A stretch of 64,000 nt of DNA from Tubiluchus corallicola. Lineage: Eukaryota; Animalia; Priapulida. The notes under the pieces were generated by a model. That model saw only the letters and a list, made by a program, of their open reading frames with translations, did not search any database and was not told the DNA's origin. The stretch is taken from the NCBI GenBank assembly GCA_030141605.1, contig JAQGDQ010000768.1, positions 35,130-99,129 of the forward strand, written 5' to 3'. Each line of letters begins with the position of its first letter. Positions within the stretch are counted from its first letter, which is position 1. This document shows, piece after piece, positions 25,458-38,541 of this stretch. A program made the translations under genes and the position numbers.

Positions 25458-26249
25458 TCTATATATTAATATTCTTGGTATATTTATTTATATATAAGAT
25501 TCGAGGCTACAGCCCAGACAACGGCACCATTTGCGGCGATCTATATATCAAACGAAAGGTCTCGATCTAGTGTCGTCTCATTGATGGTTTATTTTTCGAA
25601 TCGGGCCCACCGCGAGGAACGGGGGGCGAAAAACCTCCAAAAATGGCCATTTTTCGGCCGTTTTTTGCAAAAGTTATACGCCTGAGATGTAGAGAACGGG
25701 AATGGGCCATGGGTGGTGCTGGGTATGGATAGATAGCCCGTTCAGCGATGGGTGTCATAGGCCTATTTACAATTCGCGAGAGGGCCACGGCGCCCCGCAA
25801 CGGGCGTTTTTCCGGACCCAACTCGCGATTTTTTCGAAATTCTGATTAAACAGCATGCGGAAAAAACGTTCTAGCGGCGCCTGGTGGGACTCTCGGAAGG
25901 AGATATATAGCTCTTTACAAAGAGAAAGAACGGGGCTACACGATGATGTGGGCTATATTTTAGGGCAGGTCCACCGAGAGGAGTACCGACGAGTTAATTG
26001 GATGTTCTATTTTCGACAATTTTCACTTAGAAAACTGCTGACGCAAGGCCATTGTAGTGACGTCATCCATTGTACTCTGTCTATAATCTTATAGCTTTAA
26101 TTCAGCAAAAAGCTGCTACAGGCAACGTAAACAAACAGTAAGCAGGATGTTACGGGCTTTGTGTTATAAATGAGTACTAGGTAGAATGTTCGCGTATTAT
26201 TGATTACACGTGTATTTATACGCAAAATCTTTTGCGGGGCCTTTGCTAG
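25458..26249 (+). mobile_element. Non-autonomous Helitron-like element
   Basis: 5' TCtatatat start; 3' hairpin cgcaaaa/ttttgcg (26221-26236) followed by gggcctttgCTAG and T; no TSD. Confidence 0.6.
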
Positions 26250-27765
26250 TTATCAATTATTAGCTTATTATTATTTACTATAGTGCGACTTTTCATTGAA
26301 TATTGGCGAATAAAAAATAGTCGTGGACGTAAAGAATTTGTTGTTGTCTTTTTGTTATTTTGAAAATTTGCGATTATAAGCGTCAGCGCAATGATTCTCG
26401 TTAGAGTTTAGTTGAATATGGCAGTCTGTGTATATGCGTATATCTTTACGTGACGGTGGAAACCTGGCGGTTAAATACAATATGAGCGAATGGCTTGAAA
26501 CATACGTTGCACAGAGTCGGAATTAGTATGTAACGGCCGAGGCAGGTACTGGCCTTTGCTGCGTTTCTTAACCAGTTTTTTTGTTAATGTCCGTTGTTAG
26601 TAAACAGAAGTCTGGTTGTCGAAGCTGCCAAAGTTGCCACACCAAGGTATTAGTAACTAACTAACTATTAACTCGAATTGATTTGAGGAAAAATATCAGA
26701 GACTGACAACTATTCGCCTGTTGAATACAAGACCACACAAAGCTGTGCGCGTTTTAAAAATTGGATATTCGATGCTCGCGGCGGTTTCAACACAATTTCA
26801 CAAATAGTGCCTTGCCTCGCCTTGTCCGCCTTACTTTAGAATCTTGTTTAGCAAAGCGACACTAAACCTTTTTGACTGAAGTCCATTTTTCAGTCAAGAC
26901 AGTGGGGCCCTCCCGAGGCCCCCGTATTGATCCACGGGCCATAGGTATATAGCCCGAGCACTTGTACACGAAACTGTTATTATGTACATGAAACTATTCC
27001 GTGTTTTATACAGATTATAAAAATCACTATGTTATAATCGTCACAGGGGCCCTTCGAAGGGAATGCGGCCCCCTGATGAGGGGCCTGGTTGCTAGCAGTG
27101 CCCAGACATCTAAAGCCAGTCCATTACTACTATAAACATTGACCTTGCTGCACTTTGTATCGATTCTAATGGCAACACCGTCATCCAAAGGCGAATAGCT
27201 AAATATAGGTCAAGGTTGTGAAAATGGCAAAAAAGAGCAACTTTGGCTAAAAATTCTGGACACTTGGGAGATCGCTGGCCAAAATTTTATTTCATGCATT
27301 TGTAGGACTAGTCAAGCTGCAAATAAAAATATATTGATTAGTCCCCCAATACCCGCCCCAGTGGAGTTACGGGGATTTCAAAATGGCGTCTAAATTCAGC
27401 AGCAGCAGACACGTATCTTTTGCAATCTGATGACACCAACTGAAAAGGAGGTTCAATTTGGCAACGATAATGGTACGGTAGGGTAAGACCCCTACTATAT
27501 ATATCACCAATTAATTAGTGCTGGATCGCTTATTTACTGTCTGTAATAACGTGAGAAATAATGGGCAATTTTTTACGCCAAAATGGCCAAAATCCGAAAA
27601 AAATCAAAATGGCGGCTTTTCTCAGAAACGGCTCATTTCTGAAATCTAATATTTTGGCTGTGAGGTACATCTGAGGGGACCATCAAACCCTGTGAATATG
27701 AACAAAATCGGTGATTTGTCACCTTCCACTATTTTCCTGATTTTCTCACGGAATGACTCTTAAGT

Positions 27766-28109
27766 AATAACAGTAAAATAAACCCAACATGCTAAGTGAC
27801 TTGTTCTTTTCTTTAGCACACCACAAACAGTTTAAGTGACAACAGTAAAAAATAAACCCAACATACTGAGTGACCTGGTCTTTCCTTTAGCACACCACAA
27901 ACAGTTTAAGTGATAACAGTAAAAAATAAACCCAACATACTGAGAGACTAGTACTTTCCTTTAGCACACCACAAACAGTTTAAGTGATAACAGTAAAATA
28001 AACCCAACATACTGAGAGACTCGTTAATTCCTTTAGCACACCACAAACAGTTTAAATGATAACAGTAAAAAATAAACCCAACATACTTAGTGACTTGTTC
28101 TTTCCTTTA
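27766..28109. repeat. ~75-bp tandem repeat, about 4.5 diverged copies, straddling the right-arm boundary
   Basis: Unit aacagtaaaaaataaacccaacatactgagtgac...ctttagcacaccacaaacagtttaagtgat. Only about one unit is mirrored in the left arm. Confidence 0.9.
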
Positions 28110-29459
28110 CATAAGATATTTCTCTTTAGCTATTTGAACATGTCAGCTGTTCTAGTTCAAGTATTCACATAATTTATCTATTTGAGAAAAATATGCCTAT
28201 ATGCTGTGAAAAATGCTTCATTTACTGCACAAAACAGATTGAAACATTTAATAAATTTATTCAAAATGCACAAAACCTAAAAAGAGAATGTTGACATAAA
28301 AATTTTGACCATTACAAAGCTGAACAACTCGTCTTAATAGATATGTTGGCTATTTTTACCTGAAAATACTCTTTGTGACAAAATTAACGAATATTGTATA
28401 AAAAGTGACATTTCTCAATGGCCAGCAAGTTAATCAGGCACAACAGTGAAACTTGTAATTGCACTATTTGCGTCACTGCTATACAAAAATAAACAGCAGC
28501 AGTACTAAAAACTTGTAAGTACAAAGTAAAGACAGTAGAACTTATCAAGAAGCCAAGTGCAATTAAAAGAAAAAACATAGGAGGAAGAAAACAAAATAGC
28601 AAGGGCACAGTTTACTTATATAAAAAACTATAAATTAGTTTTGTGTATACTGGAAAACTTAGTCTAGTGTTTTTGAAAATAAATAATATTTTGAAAAAGA
28701 ATCATTGTTCGAAGCTATCGTTACTGATCTTATCTTGTGAAAGATGCAAGCTTTGAATACTCAGAGTTTTGTAACACACCACAAATAGTTTATTTCGATG
28801 GTGCAAAGACGTAACACACCACAAATCGTTTATTTCGATGGTGCAAAGATGTAACACACCACAAATAGTTTATTTTGATGGTGCAAAGACGTAACACACC
28901 ACAAATAGTTTATTTCGATGGTGCAAAGACGTAACACACCACGAACACTTTGTTTCATTGACGCGGCGTCGTAACATACCACAAGCAATTTACTTAGTGG
29001 TTGGAAGGGTGTATTATCGAAGCAAAATGATCAAACTATGAAAAAGTGTTGATGATACATTTGAAAAGTAGGGGTACATTTAAGGCGTCTAATCCAGAAT
29101 TTATGAAGTAATACCTTGTACTGTAAAAGTGGGCAAGAATTACAGCCAATCACACGAACAGTTGCGTAGCTTTCGACAATACTTTTTCAAACACTTCTGT
29201 AATTTGCTAACCGTAATCTTGCATTCAGTGGCGGGATTAACTCAACACAGCGTGTTTATGGCACGACCGGAACCCAGGTCAATATCAACGGCCGTCCGTC
29301 TAAGGAACTGCTGTTCTTCTTAAGAATTTACAATGTAAATAACCGATAAATAACTAAGGTAAAAAACGAACAAAATGAAAAAAGACGAAACTTTGACAAC
29401 CCCCGGTGCCATCTGGTGCGCACTCTATAAACTACAAAAATGTGTACAAGCGCACTTAC

Positions 29460-29528
29460 TTCGACGATCTTGGTACAACCATGTCTGCAAGAGTCTCGTA
29501 TTTTGCAAGCCAATCTCCTTTTAATGCA
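29460..29528 (-). CDS. ATP6V1C: V-ATPase subunit C, coding exon 7 (mirror copy; last found)
   Basis: Reverse complement of 23873-23941. Confidence 0.95.
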
Positions 29529-29940
29529 CTGAAACAAACGTTGCAAAGAATAAAAACATTTACTTAGTAATGCCATAAATTTTCAGGCATGACAGCAGGT
29601 TTTGGTGCCTGTCAGTTACTGACTAACAGACTTACCAACAAATAAACTCAAGCCTTGAAAAATGGAAATTGACAGAACAGAGAATTTACAAATATATGCA
29701 ACGTGTATATTAAAGCAATTCTAAAATATGTCCCAAAGAACTTTCCATATAAAGTTATATTACTTAGCATTATTATTATTATTTTATTATTATTATCATT
29801 ATTATTATTATTGTCATCATCATCATCATCATCATCGTCATCATCTTCTTCATCATCATTACCATCATCATCATCGTCATCGTCGTCATCGTTATAATAA
29901 TAATAAATGTTATTGTTATTATTATTATTATTATTATTGC

Positions 29941-29989
<49 letters not shown>

Positions 29990-29991
29990 GC

Positions 29992-30111
<120 letters not shown>

Positions 30112-33100
30112 GTTAACCTGTTTGAAAGACTCATACAACTAGAAAAGAGAAACAAATTAAAATTTTTGTGCCACTTGGTGAGGTGCTACTGAATCACCTT
30201 CCCAGTGTGCATCAGTGACTCACCAAAGTTTTTTTAATTTGATTAACAAAACACAGTAATTTAAACTTTTGTTTAGTGCACTATGAATTCTCTGATTATT
30301 TTCCATACTTTCCGCATTGTTACCTAAACTTGTTTCAAACAAAATGGCTGCTCTAACACTAACAGCGGCAGTTTAAATCTTCAAGTTTTATACAGCATTT
30401 TTCTGATAGAAATTCTATGCGCAATAAGGCAGTATGTAGATGATGTTTTCTTTAGTTTTATGCAAGCAAGGGATTTTCTTGTGCTTTAGAGTCAAGATTC
30501 AAGATTGTTTACTCCACATCTACACAAATACAAAATTAATACATTAACACAGTGGTTCCCAACCATTTCCTTGCCAAGTACCCCTTCTAAATGTGGCGAT
30601 CTTCAGCGTACCCCCACCTGATGTTTTTCAACAAATCGTTTGAAAAACCAGTTTCCAGAAAACAACGATTAATATTATCGACATTTTAACTTTTTTTGAA
30701 AACACAAATTTTATCACTGATTATTAAGAAATACGCAATTTGAACAACTTTCTCGAATATGAAAACATCAATAGAAGGAAACGCGATCTTCACAGCAGTC
30801 ATAATGCGCACGCTGTTCTTGATGATTATCAACAAGTTTTTTTATATCAGGTTTAATTGTTGATATTGCGACTCGCATGTCGCTCCTCAAATCCAAACGG
30901 TTTCTTGCCTTCGTCTTCAAATGTAGCATTGCACTGAAGCCTAGCTCACATTTGTATGTTGTCACAAATGGAACCAACACCTCGAAAGCCAAATACAGCA
31001 CAAACAAAGCGACAAAATATAAGCTTTTCGTGGGCGGGTAAAAGTATTTTCTAGCGCACTGCGCAGGAATGATATTGTTTGTGAAATATTGCGTAACCTG
31101 TAGAAAGAATATCGCGATGCTGCAACTTGGTGTATTTTACCCTTTTCACCGGCTACAGAAAGAAAAAAATGTGTCCATCTGACACACTTTCTGCGTACCC
31201 CTGGCATTGCTGTTGCGTACCCCCAGGGGGTACCCGTACCCCCGGTTGGGAACCACTGCATTAACAGAAACAAAAAGTTTTCAATTATTTAATGCTTAGC
31301 AAACAGTAAGATACATAATAAGAAACGAATTTTGAAAAAACGATTAGGTATGATTTGTATTATTAGTATGAAAAGGTATTACATGTTATTTTACATTCAA
31401 ATTTTAAATTGGTATAAATAAATAGTTATGTAACCTCAAAGGTCTGCTAAGTTTCAGTGGAAAGTCCAACTATAAGAGCATGCCATAAAAAGGGACCATA
31501 AAAAGGGACCATAGTCAGAAATTTAACTGAATATTAATTGGAATTAGTCAGATGACAGCCTCTGTTCATCACCATCAAAATTTGTAAATATTAAACTTAA
31601 TGCAGTAAGTAATGATGCTAAGAAGTGAATCGTCGTGAAATGAAGCCATGCCTTCCATAGGAAGGAGCATCAGCGTATGAAGCCATGCCTTCCATAGGAA
31701 GTAGCATCAGCGTATGAAGCCATGCCTTCCATAGGAAATAGTATCAGCGTATGAAGCCATGCCTTCCATAGGAAAGAGCATCAGCGTATGAAGCCATGCC
31801 TTCCATAGGAAATAGCATCAGCGTATGAAGCCATGCCTTCCATAGGAAATAGTATCAGCGTATGAAGCCATGCCTTCCATAGGAAAGAGCATCAGCGTAT
31901 GAAGCCATGCCTTCCATAGGAAATAGCATCAGCGTATGAAGCCATGGCTTCCATAGGAAATAGTATCAGCGTATGAAGATGCCTTCCATAGGAAATAGTA
32001 TCAGCATATGAAGCCATGCCTTCCATAGGAAATAGCATCAGCGTATGAAGCCATGCCTTCCATAGGAAATAGTATCAGCGTATGAAGCCATGCCTTCCAT
32101 AGGAAAGAGCATCAGCGTATGAAGCCATGCCTTCCATAGGAAATAGCATCAGCGTATGAAGCCATGGCTTCCATAGGAAATAGTATCAGCGTATGAAGCC
32201 ATGCCTTCCATAGGAAAGAGCATCAGCGTATGAAGCCATGCCTTCCATAGGAAATAGCATCAGCGTATGAAGCCATGCCTTCCATAGGAAATAGAATCAG
32301 CGTATGAAGCCATGCCTTCCATAGGAAATAGCATCAGCGTATGAAGCCATGCCTTCCATAGGAAATAGCATCAGCGTATGAAGCCATGCCTTCCATAGGA
32401 AATAGCATCAGCGTATGAAGCCATGCCTTCCATAGGAAATAGCATCAGCGTATGAAGCCATGCCTTCCATAGGAAATAGCATCAGCGTATGAAGCCATGC
32501 CTTCCATAGGAAATAGCATCAGCGTATGAAGCCATGCCTTCCATAGGAAATAGCATCAGCGTATGAAGCCATGCCTTCCATAGGAAGTAGCATCAGCGTA
32601 TGAAGCCATGCCTTCCATAGGAAATAGGATCAGCGTATGAAGCCATGCCTTCCATAGGAAATAGCACCAGCGTATGAAGCCATGCCTTCCATAGGAAATA
32701 GGATCAGCGTATGAAGCCATGCCTTCCATAGGAAAGAGCATCAGCGTATGAAGCCATGCCTTCCAGTCTTCTGATGCAACATTACCTGTCTGTTGTAAAG
32801 CAATTGTTATGTGAGTTTTATTTCTTACATTAATTAGTATAATCAGGTATTACTTAAATCATTTGTGCTGCAGGGTATTAAAGAAGCCAAGTTTGTAAAA
32901 ATGTCCTGGCTGTGAAATTTCAAGCAATAGGCCAATGAATGAAAAATAAAAGGAAAGGATGTGAACACGCAAGTGAGGATGAGAATTTGAATTTTCAGAT
33001 TATTTCCATTACTTTTTTCTTTCACTGTGTGGGGCAATCTACTAGAAAAACAAATCTGATTCGGCGACGGACGTTTCGCTGTTAGCCCGTTGGCCGGGAA

Positions 33101-34224
33101 CTGGATTGCTATATACCGTACAGGATATGGGATCACCAAAGTTCCTTGGTGTTTGTTTTTTTATCGTGTTGTTTGTAACGTATTGAAAAATAAATAAACA
33201 AGAGATTACGGCAACTATCAGTATCCATCCTCACAGTAGTGGCAAAACAGTGGTGTTATCTTAATCAAGTTATCTTAATTTTACATACTATTAACAAATA
33301 AGAGTCTTTCTATCTTTTATATCATCTCATATATGAGCTTCATTCATGACATCATTCCATTTTAAGCACTGTTTTTATCATACGATTCACTTTAAATTTT
33401 CAGATTAACTCCATTACTTTTTTTTCTTTCACTGTGTGGGACAATCTAACAAGCCCTGTTTTTCGATTGCCCGCAACACATTTACCTTTGTGTATAAGTG
33501 AACAGTGTTTGAGGCTTTTCCTGTGCAGTATTTCTTATTTGTATTACGTTCATTGTAAGCCCTTTCACTAGATATTGTACATGAAACTATTGTAAATGTG
33601 TAATGTGAAATAAATGACTATTGAATATGATGGTGAGTGAAAGTGACGAAATGATGAAAAAGAAATAAAAAGACATTTATACGAAATTAGTAAAGTGAAA
33701 TAAGAATAAGAATATACATATTTCTTCAAGATTAAATGGTAAATCAAGAGTGCATGTTAAGGCCAGTGTGAACCTGACTTAATAAATTTTAATTTTGTAG
33801 CCAAGGTGGCTCCACCTAGCTAGAAAGTTTAAAGTGTGGGCTCTGACCTAGTTACATTTTTCATTATGCTGTTCTGTTGTATGAGTGAACATGTGTCTTG
33901 TACAAGCTAGCGAAATTTTTCATTTAGATATATGCCGCAACGATGTAAGTTTACTTCTATTAATTTTTATTTTGATTTATTCACTGATATTTATGAATGG
34001 ACTAAACTATGTAACAATCTATCTAAACTAGCCAATGTCAGTCACCTTTGCCTTTCTATTTTTTGTTTTAAATGTTGCAGAAATAAAGATCAGTGGTTTA
34101 TATGAAAATTCAACTGAGACTTTAGAAGTTGTTATAAATGCCTCTCAGAGACACTAAGAGTGCAGATCATTAATACTTTAACAACCATCAACAGGTAAAA
34201 TATACAAAACAAAATTATTCCTAC

Positions 34225-34323
34225 CTTGGAACTACTACTAACAATGTTGTCAGGTATTCGGAACCCAGCACAAAATCCTCCTTTTCCACAAGGTCGCCCA
34301 AATTCCTCGTTAGCAAGCTACCT
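34225..34323 (-). CDS. ATP6V1C: V-ATPase subunit C, coding exon 6 (mirror copy)
   Basis: Reverse complement of 19074-19172. Confidence 0.95.
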
Positions 34324-35151
34324 CTGCAACAAAAATTCTGCATCAGTTTCGTCCCATTAACTGTTTTATGTATTGATTGACAGCACATTAAATTTATAAA
34401 TACAGTTAGCCTCGGATATAAGGGACACCTCGGGACTAGAAAAAACTGTCCCTTATATCCGATGTCCCTTATAGCCGAAGTTGAGTCAGACCGAGGGTGT
34501 ATCTAAACCTGTACTTTTCTGCACTTTTACACATATTTTTATGGATTGTTGCTACACATTCAGTGCAAACGGTATGTAGGAAGCTCCTTCAGTGATGCGA
34601 GATGTATGTGACTGCGGAAACTGAGCTGTTCGAAGGCCGAGTTTGCGAAAAATTGAGGTTAAAAATCGATCAATTTCGCTTTGATCATAGTGTCCCTTAT
34701 ATGCGACGTAATTTACTTGGCTTCTATCACGCGGGACCTGAAGATAGTGTCCCTCACAACCGAAAGTCCCTTACATCCGAGTACCTTATATACAAAGATT
34801 TTTACATAGGAAAAACGTTACGAAAAATCGGGACCGGTGCTGGTGGTCCCTTACAACCTAAAGACCCTTACATCCGAGTACCTTATATACAAAGGTTTTT
34901 ACATAGGAAAAACGTTACGAAAAATCGGGACCGGTGTTGGTGGTCCCTTATAAAAGGCGTGTTGGCGAGTACCTTATACCTGAGGTGGACTGTATATTGT
35001 TTAGCGTAATAAGTTTATGTGAATAATTGGCCTGTATAAAAAAACAGTTTCACACAAACTACTTCTTATGCCTTTTTCAGGTATTTAATTATTCTGTGTT
35101 TCGAAAATGGCCTGTGTTTACAGTCTAGATTAGAGAAACTGTTAAACTCAC

Positions 35152-35243
35152 GTGGATCTCTTTTCAAGAGATTGCAGGCTGCCCTTTAGATTGTTGTAAG
35201 CTTGCGCTTTGGTTTTCAAATCTGCATCAATCTGGCCGACTTG
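35152..35243 (-). CDS. ATP6V1C: V-ATPase subunit C, coding exon 5 (mirror copy)
   Basis: Reverse complement of 18154-18245, with one synonymous change (GTT/GTC, 18159 vs 35238). Confidence 0.95.
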
Positions 35244-38200
35244 CTAAAAAATTGCAAAACAAAATTTAGTAACGCGTTACGTAACATAAACACTTCAATT
35301 TTTCTACACATAAAAATAGTACAGTCAACCCTCGTTAAACCGGACTAATTGGGGGGGGTGGTCCGGTTTAGCCGATTGTCCGATTTATCCGATATGCCTA
35401 TATATGGTCTATATTATACAGGAATAATCACCTTAATAAGGCCTATATACATTGCACTATATACTGTGCACTATATACTATCCTTTATATTACTTTAAAA
35501 TAGTTAACCTGTGAGGATAAAGAAATTATTGTACAGTTGGTAGGCCGTGTTGTGTTTAGTGCTCCGGCTCGGACGGAAATCGGACAGTTTCCTTTACCAC
35601 GGATGACGTCCGTCTTATCCGATATCCGGGCTAACGGGGTCCGGTTTAACGAGGGTCGACTGTATAAAATCAGTTTATTTGTTACAAATAAAAGAAAAAC
35701 ACACATTCCAGTGATTAAACTTTTAGTCCTAAAGCAGGAATTACACACAGAAAAACAAATGTCTGCAGTAACACATAAACAAAACATGTAGTCTTACAAA
35801 TGTCTGCAGTAACACACAAACAAAACATGTAGTCTTACAAATGTCTGCAGTAACACACAAACAAAACATGTAGTCTTACAAGTGTCTGCAGTAACACACA
35901 AACAAAACATGTAGTCTTACAAGTGTCTGCAGTAACACACAAACAAAACATGTAGTCTTACAAATGTCTGCAGTAACACACAAACAAAACATGTAGTCTT
36001 ACAAATGTCTGCAGTAACACACAAACAAAACATGTAGTCTTACAAGTGTCTGCAGTAACACACAAACAAAACATGTAGTCTTACAAGTGTCTGCAGTAAC
36101 ACACAAACAAAACATGTAGTCTTACAAATGTCTGCAGTAACACACAAACAAAACATGTACAGTCTTACAAATGTCTGCAGTAACACACAAACAAAACATG
36201 TAGTCTTACAAGTGTCTGCAGTAACACACAAACAAAACGTGTAGTCTTACAAATGTCTGTAGTAACACACAAACAAAACGTGTAGTCTTACAAGTGTCTG
36301 CAGTAACACACAAACAAAACGTGTAGTCTTACAAATGTCTGCAGTAACACACAAACAAAACATGTAGTCTTACAAGTGTCTGCAGTAACACACAAACAAA
36401 ACATGTAGTCTTACAAATGTCTGCAGTAACACACAAACAAAACATGTACAGTCTTACAAATGTCTGCAGTAACACACAAACAAAACATGTAGTCTTACAA
36501 GTGTCTGCAGTAACACACAAACAAAACGTGTAGTCTTATAAATGTCTGCAGTAACACACAAACAAAGCATGTAGTCTTACAAATGTCTGCAGTAACACAC
36601 AAACAAAACATGTAGTCTTACAAATGTCTGCAGTAACACACAAACAAAACATGTACTCTTACAAATGTCTGCAGTAACACACAAACAAAACATGTAGTCT
36701 TACAAGTGTCTGCAGTAACACACAAACAAAGCATGTAGTCTTACAAATGTCTGCAGTAACACACAAACAAAACATGTACTGTCTTACAAGTACTATATAA
36801 AGATATGCACAGATGATGTATATAAATTAAAGACTGGTGCAATATAAACTATAAAACACAACATCAAGATCTAGTTCTGTAATAAAATAATTCAACGCAT
36901 TACTTATCATAAGATGAATTCGATGTTATATATTGTCTAAAATTGTTGCAATGATAATATAGCAAAATAAACTTGAGAAACAGGACTAAAAATATTTATC
37001 GAACCGAAAAAGTTGGATCTATCTACGTAAGCGGGCTTGTTTGGATTTAAAAATAATAAAAAATCACACGATGGCACGTATGGGGTTAAAAGCATGATGC
37101 ACATGCCAAGAAAGGCATTTATCAAAATCAAAATAATGATATAATGGGCCGACGACTCTTATATATTTGCAAGAAGTGGTTCTGTAGTACTGTAAGATAC
37201 GTATAAGCATAAAGAGCATTAACACTTAAAACTTATCTGATGGTCTGATGGCGTATGTCATTCTTACGGATTAGTTTCAAAATATCTTTGCTGTCCAAAG
37301 TAAACAAATAGAGATGGGTTTCTAGGAAAGCTTATAGACTCTGTACGTCATTATAGATAATGTAAGTTGTAAAATCATGTGACAGAGTTTGTCTAATAAC
37401 CAAACAAACAAGGCTAAAAGATTTCCCATGTTGCAAGAATACGGGTAGAGAGTGCAGCGGAAGTGGTGCTGACAAGCCACTGGCGCAGCAGTGTCAAGTT
37501 TTTTTTGCTGGATTACTGCTGTGTTTACCTGTCTGAAGGCAGATTGTGTTTTATTTTAGAATTCTGCCTGCCCAATGTCTACAATAGACGCGACGGGCGT
37601 ATGATGATGATGATGATGCAGCGGAAGTGGTGCTGACAAGCCACAGGCATAGCAGTGTCCAGTTTTTTGTTGGATTACTGCTGAGTTTATCTGTCTTGAG
37701 AGCAGACTAGTTTTATTTTAGAATTCTGCCTGCCCAGTGTCCACAATAGACGTAACGGACATATGATGATGACGCTGATGTAATTTTTTGCATATGTCCA
37801 AAAAAGGCCATTTCTCAATTACTCTACAAATGTGTAGCTGGTAGCCAAATTTGGAAACTGGGAGATTCACAAAGTGAATAAGCAGAATGACATATACATT
37901 CACTCGGGCGATTTAAAATTGTTCTAGAAAAACAAAAAATTATAATATAATACAATACAATACAAGACAAGACAAGACAAGACAAGACAAGACAAGACAA
38001 GACAAGACAAGACAAGACAAGACAAGACAAGACAAGACAAGACAAGACAAGACAAGACAAGACAAGACAAGACAAGACAAGACAAGACGAGACAAGACAA
38101 GACAAGACAAGACAAGACAAGACAAGACAAGACAAGACAAGACAAGACAAGACAAGACAAGACAAGACAAGACAAGACAAGACAAGACAAGACAAGACAA

Positions 38201-38446
38201 GACAAGACAAGACAAGACAAGACAAGACACGACACGACACGACACGACACGACACGACACGACACGACACGACACGACACGACACGACACGACACGACAC
38301 GACACGACACGACAAGACAAGACACGACACGACACGACAAGACAAGACAAGACAAGACAAGACAAGACAAGACAAGACAAGACAATACAATACAATACAA
38401 TAGAATACAATATAATTTAATATGTTTTTAAATATAATAGACTCAC

Positions 38447-38541
38447 CTTTGCAATTATTTCTGTTATGTTCTTTAGTGACTGCTTCATTGGATATTTGGC
38501 CATGTCCCACTGAAATCTCGTCAGGTATGTACCAAGGGCGA
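38447..38541 (-). CDS. ATP6V1C: V-ATPase subunit C, coding exon 4 (mirror copy)
   Basis: Reverse complement of 14845-14939, with one synonymous change (GCA/GCC, 14849 vs 38537). Confidence 0.93.

Larger units (their letters stand above)
25365..28036. other. Non-mirrored spacer (2672 bp) of the palindrome
   Basis: The ORFs here (25355, 25567, 25855) have no mirror partners. Contains Helitron-like ends and the remainder of a 75-bp tandem array. Confidence 0.93.

Noticed and set aside
25567-26094. GC-richer ORFs in the spacer as novel genes or missing V-ATPase exons
   Set aside because: No similarity to the subunit C C-terminal half, and they lie within the Helitron-like element.
27766-28109. 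Repeat with constant and variable segments resembling a CRISPR array
   Set aside because: The variable parts are homologous point variants, not unique spacers. The context is eukaryotic and there are no cas genes.
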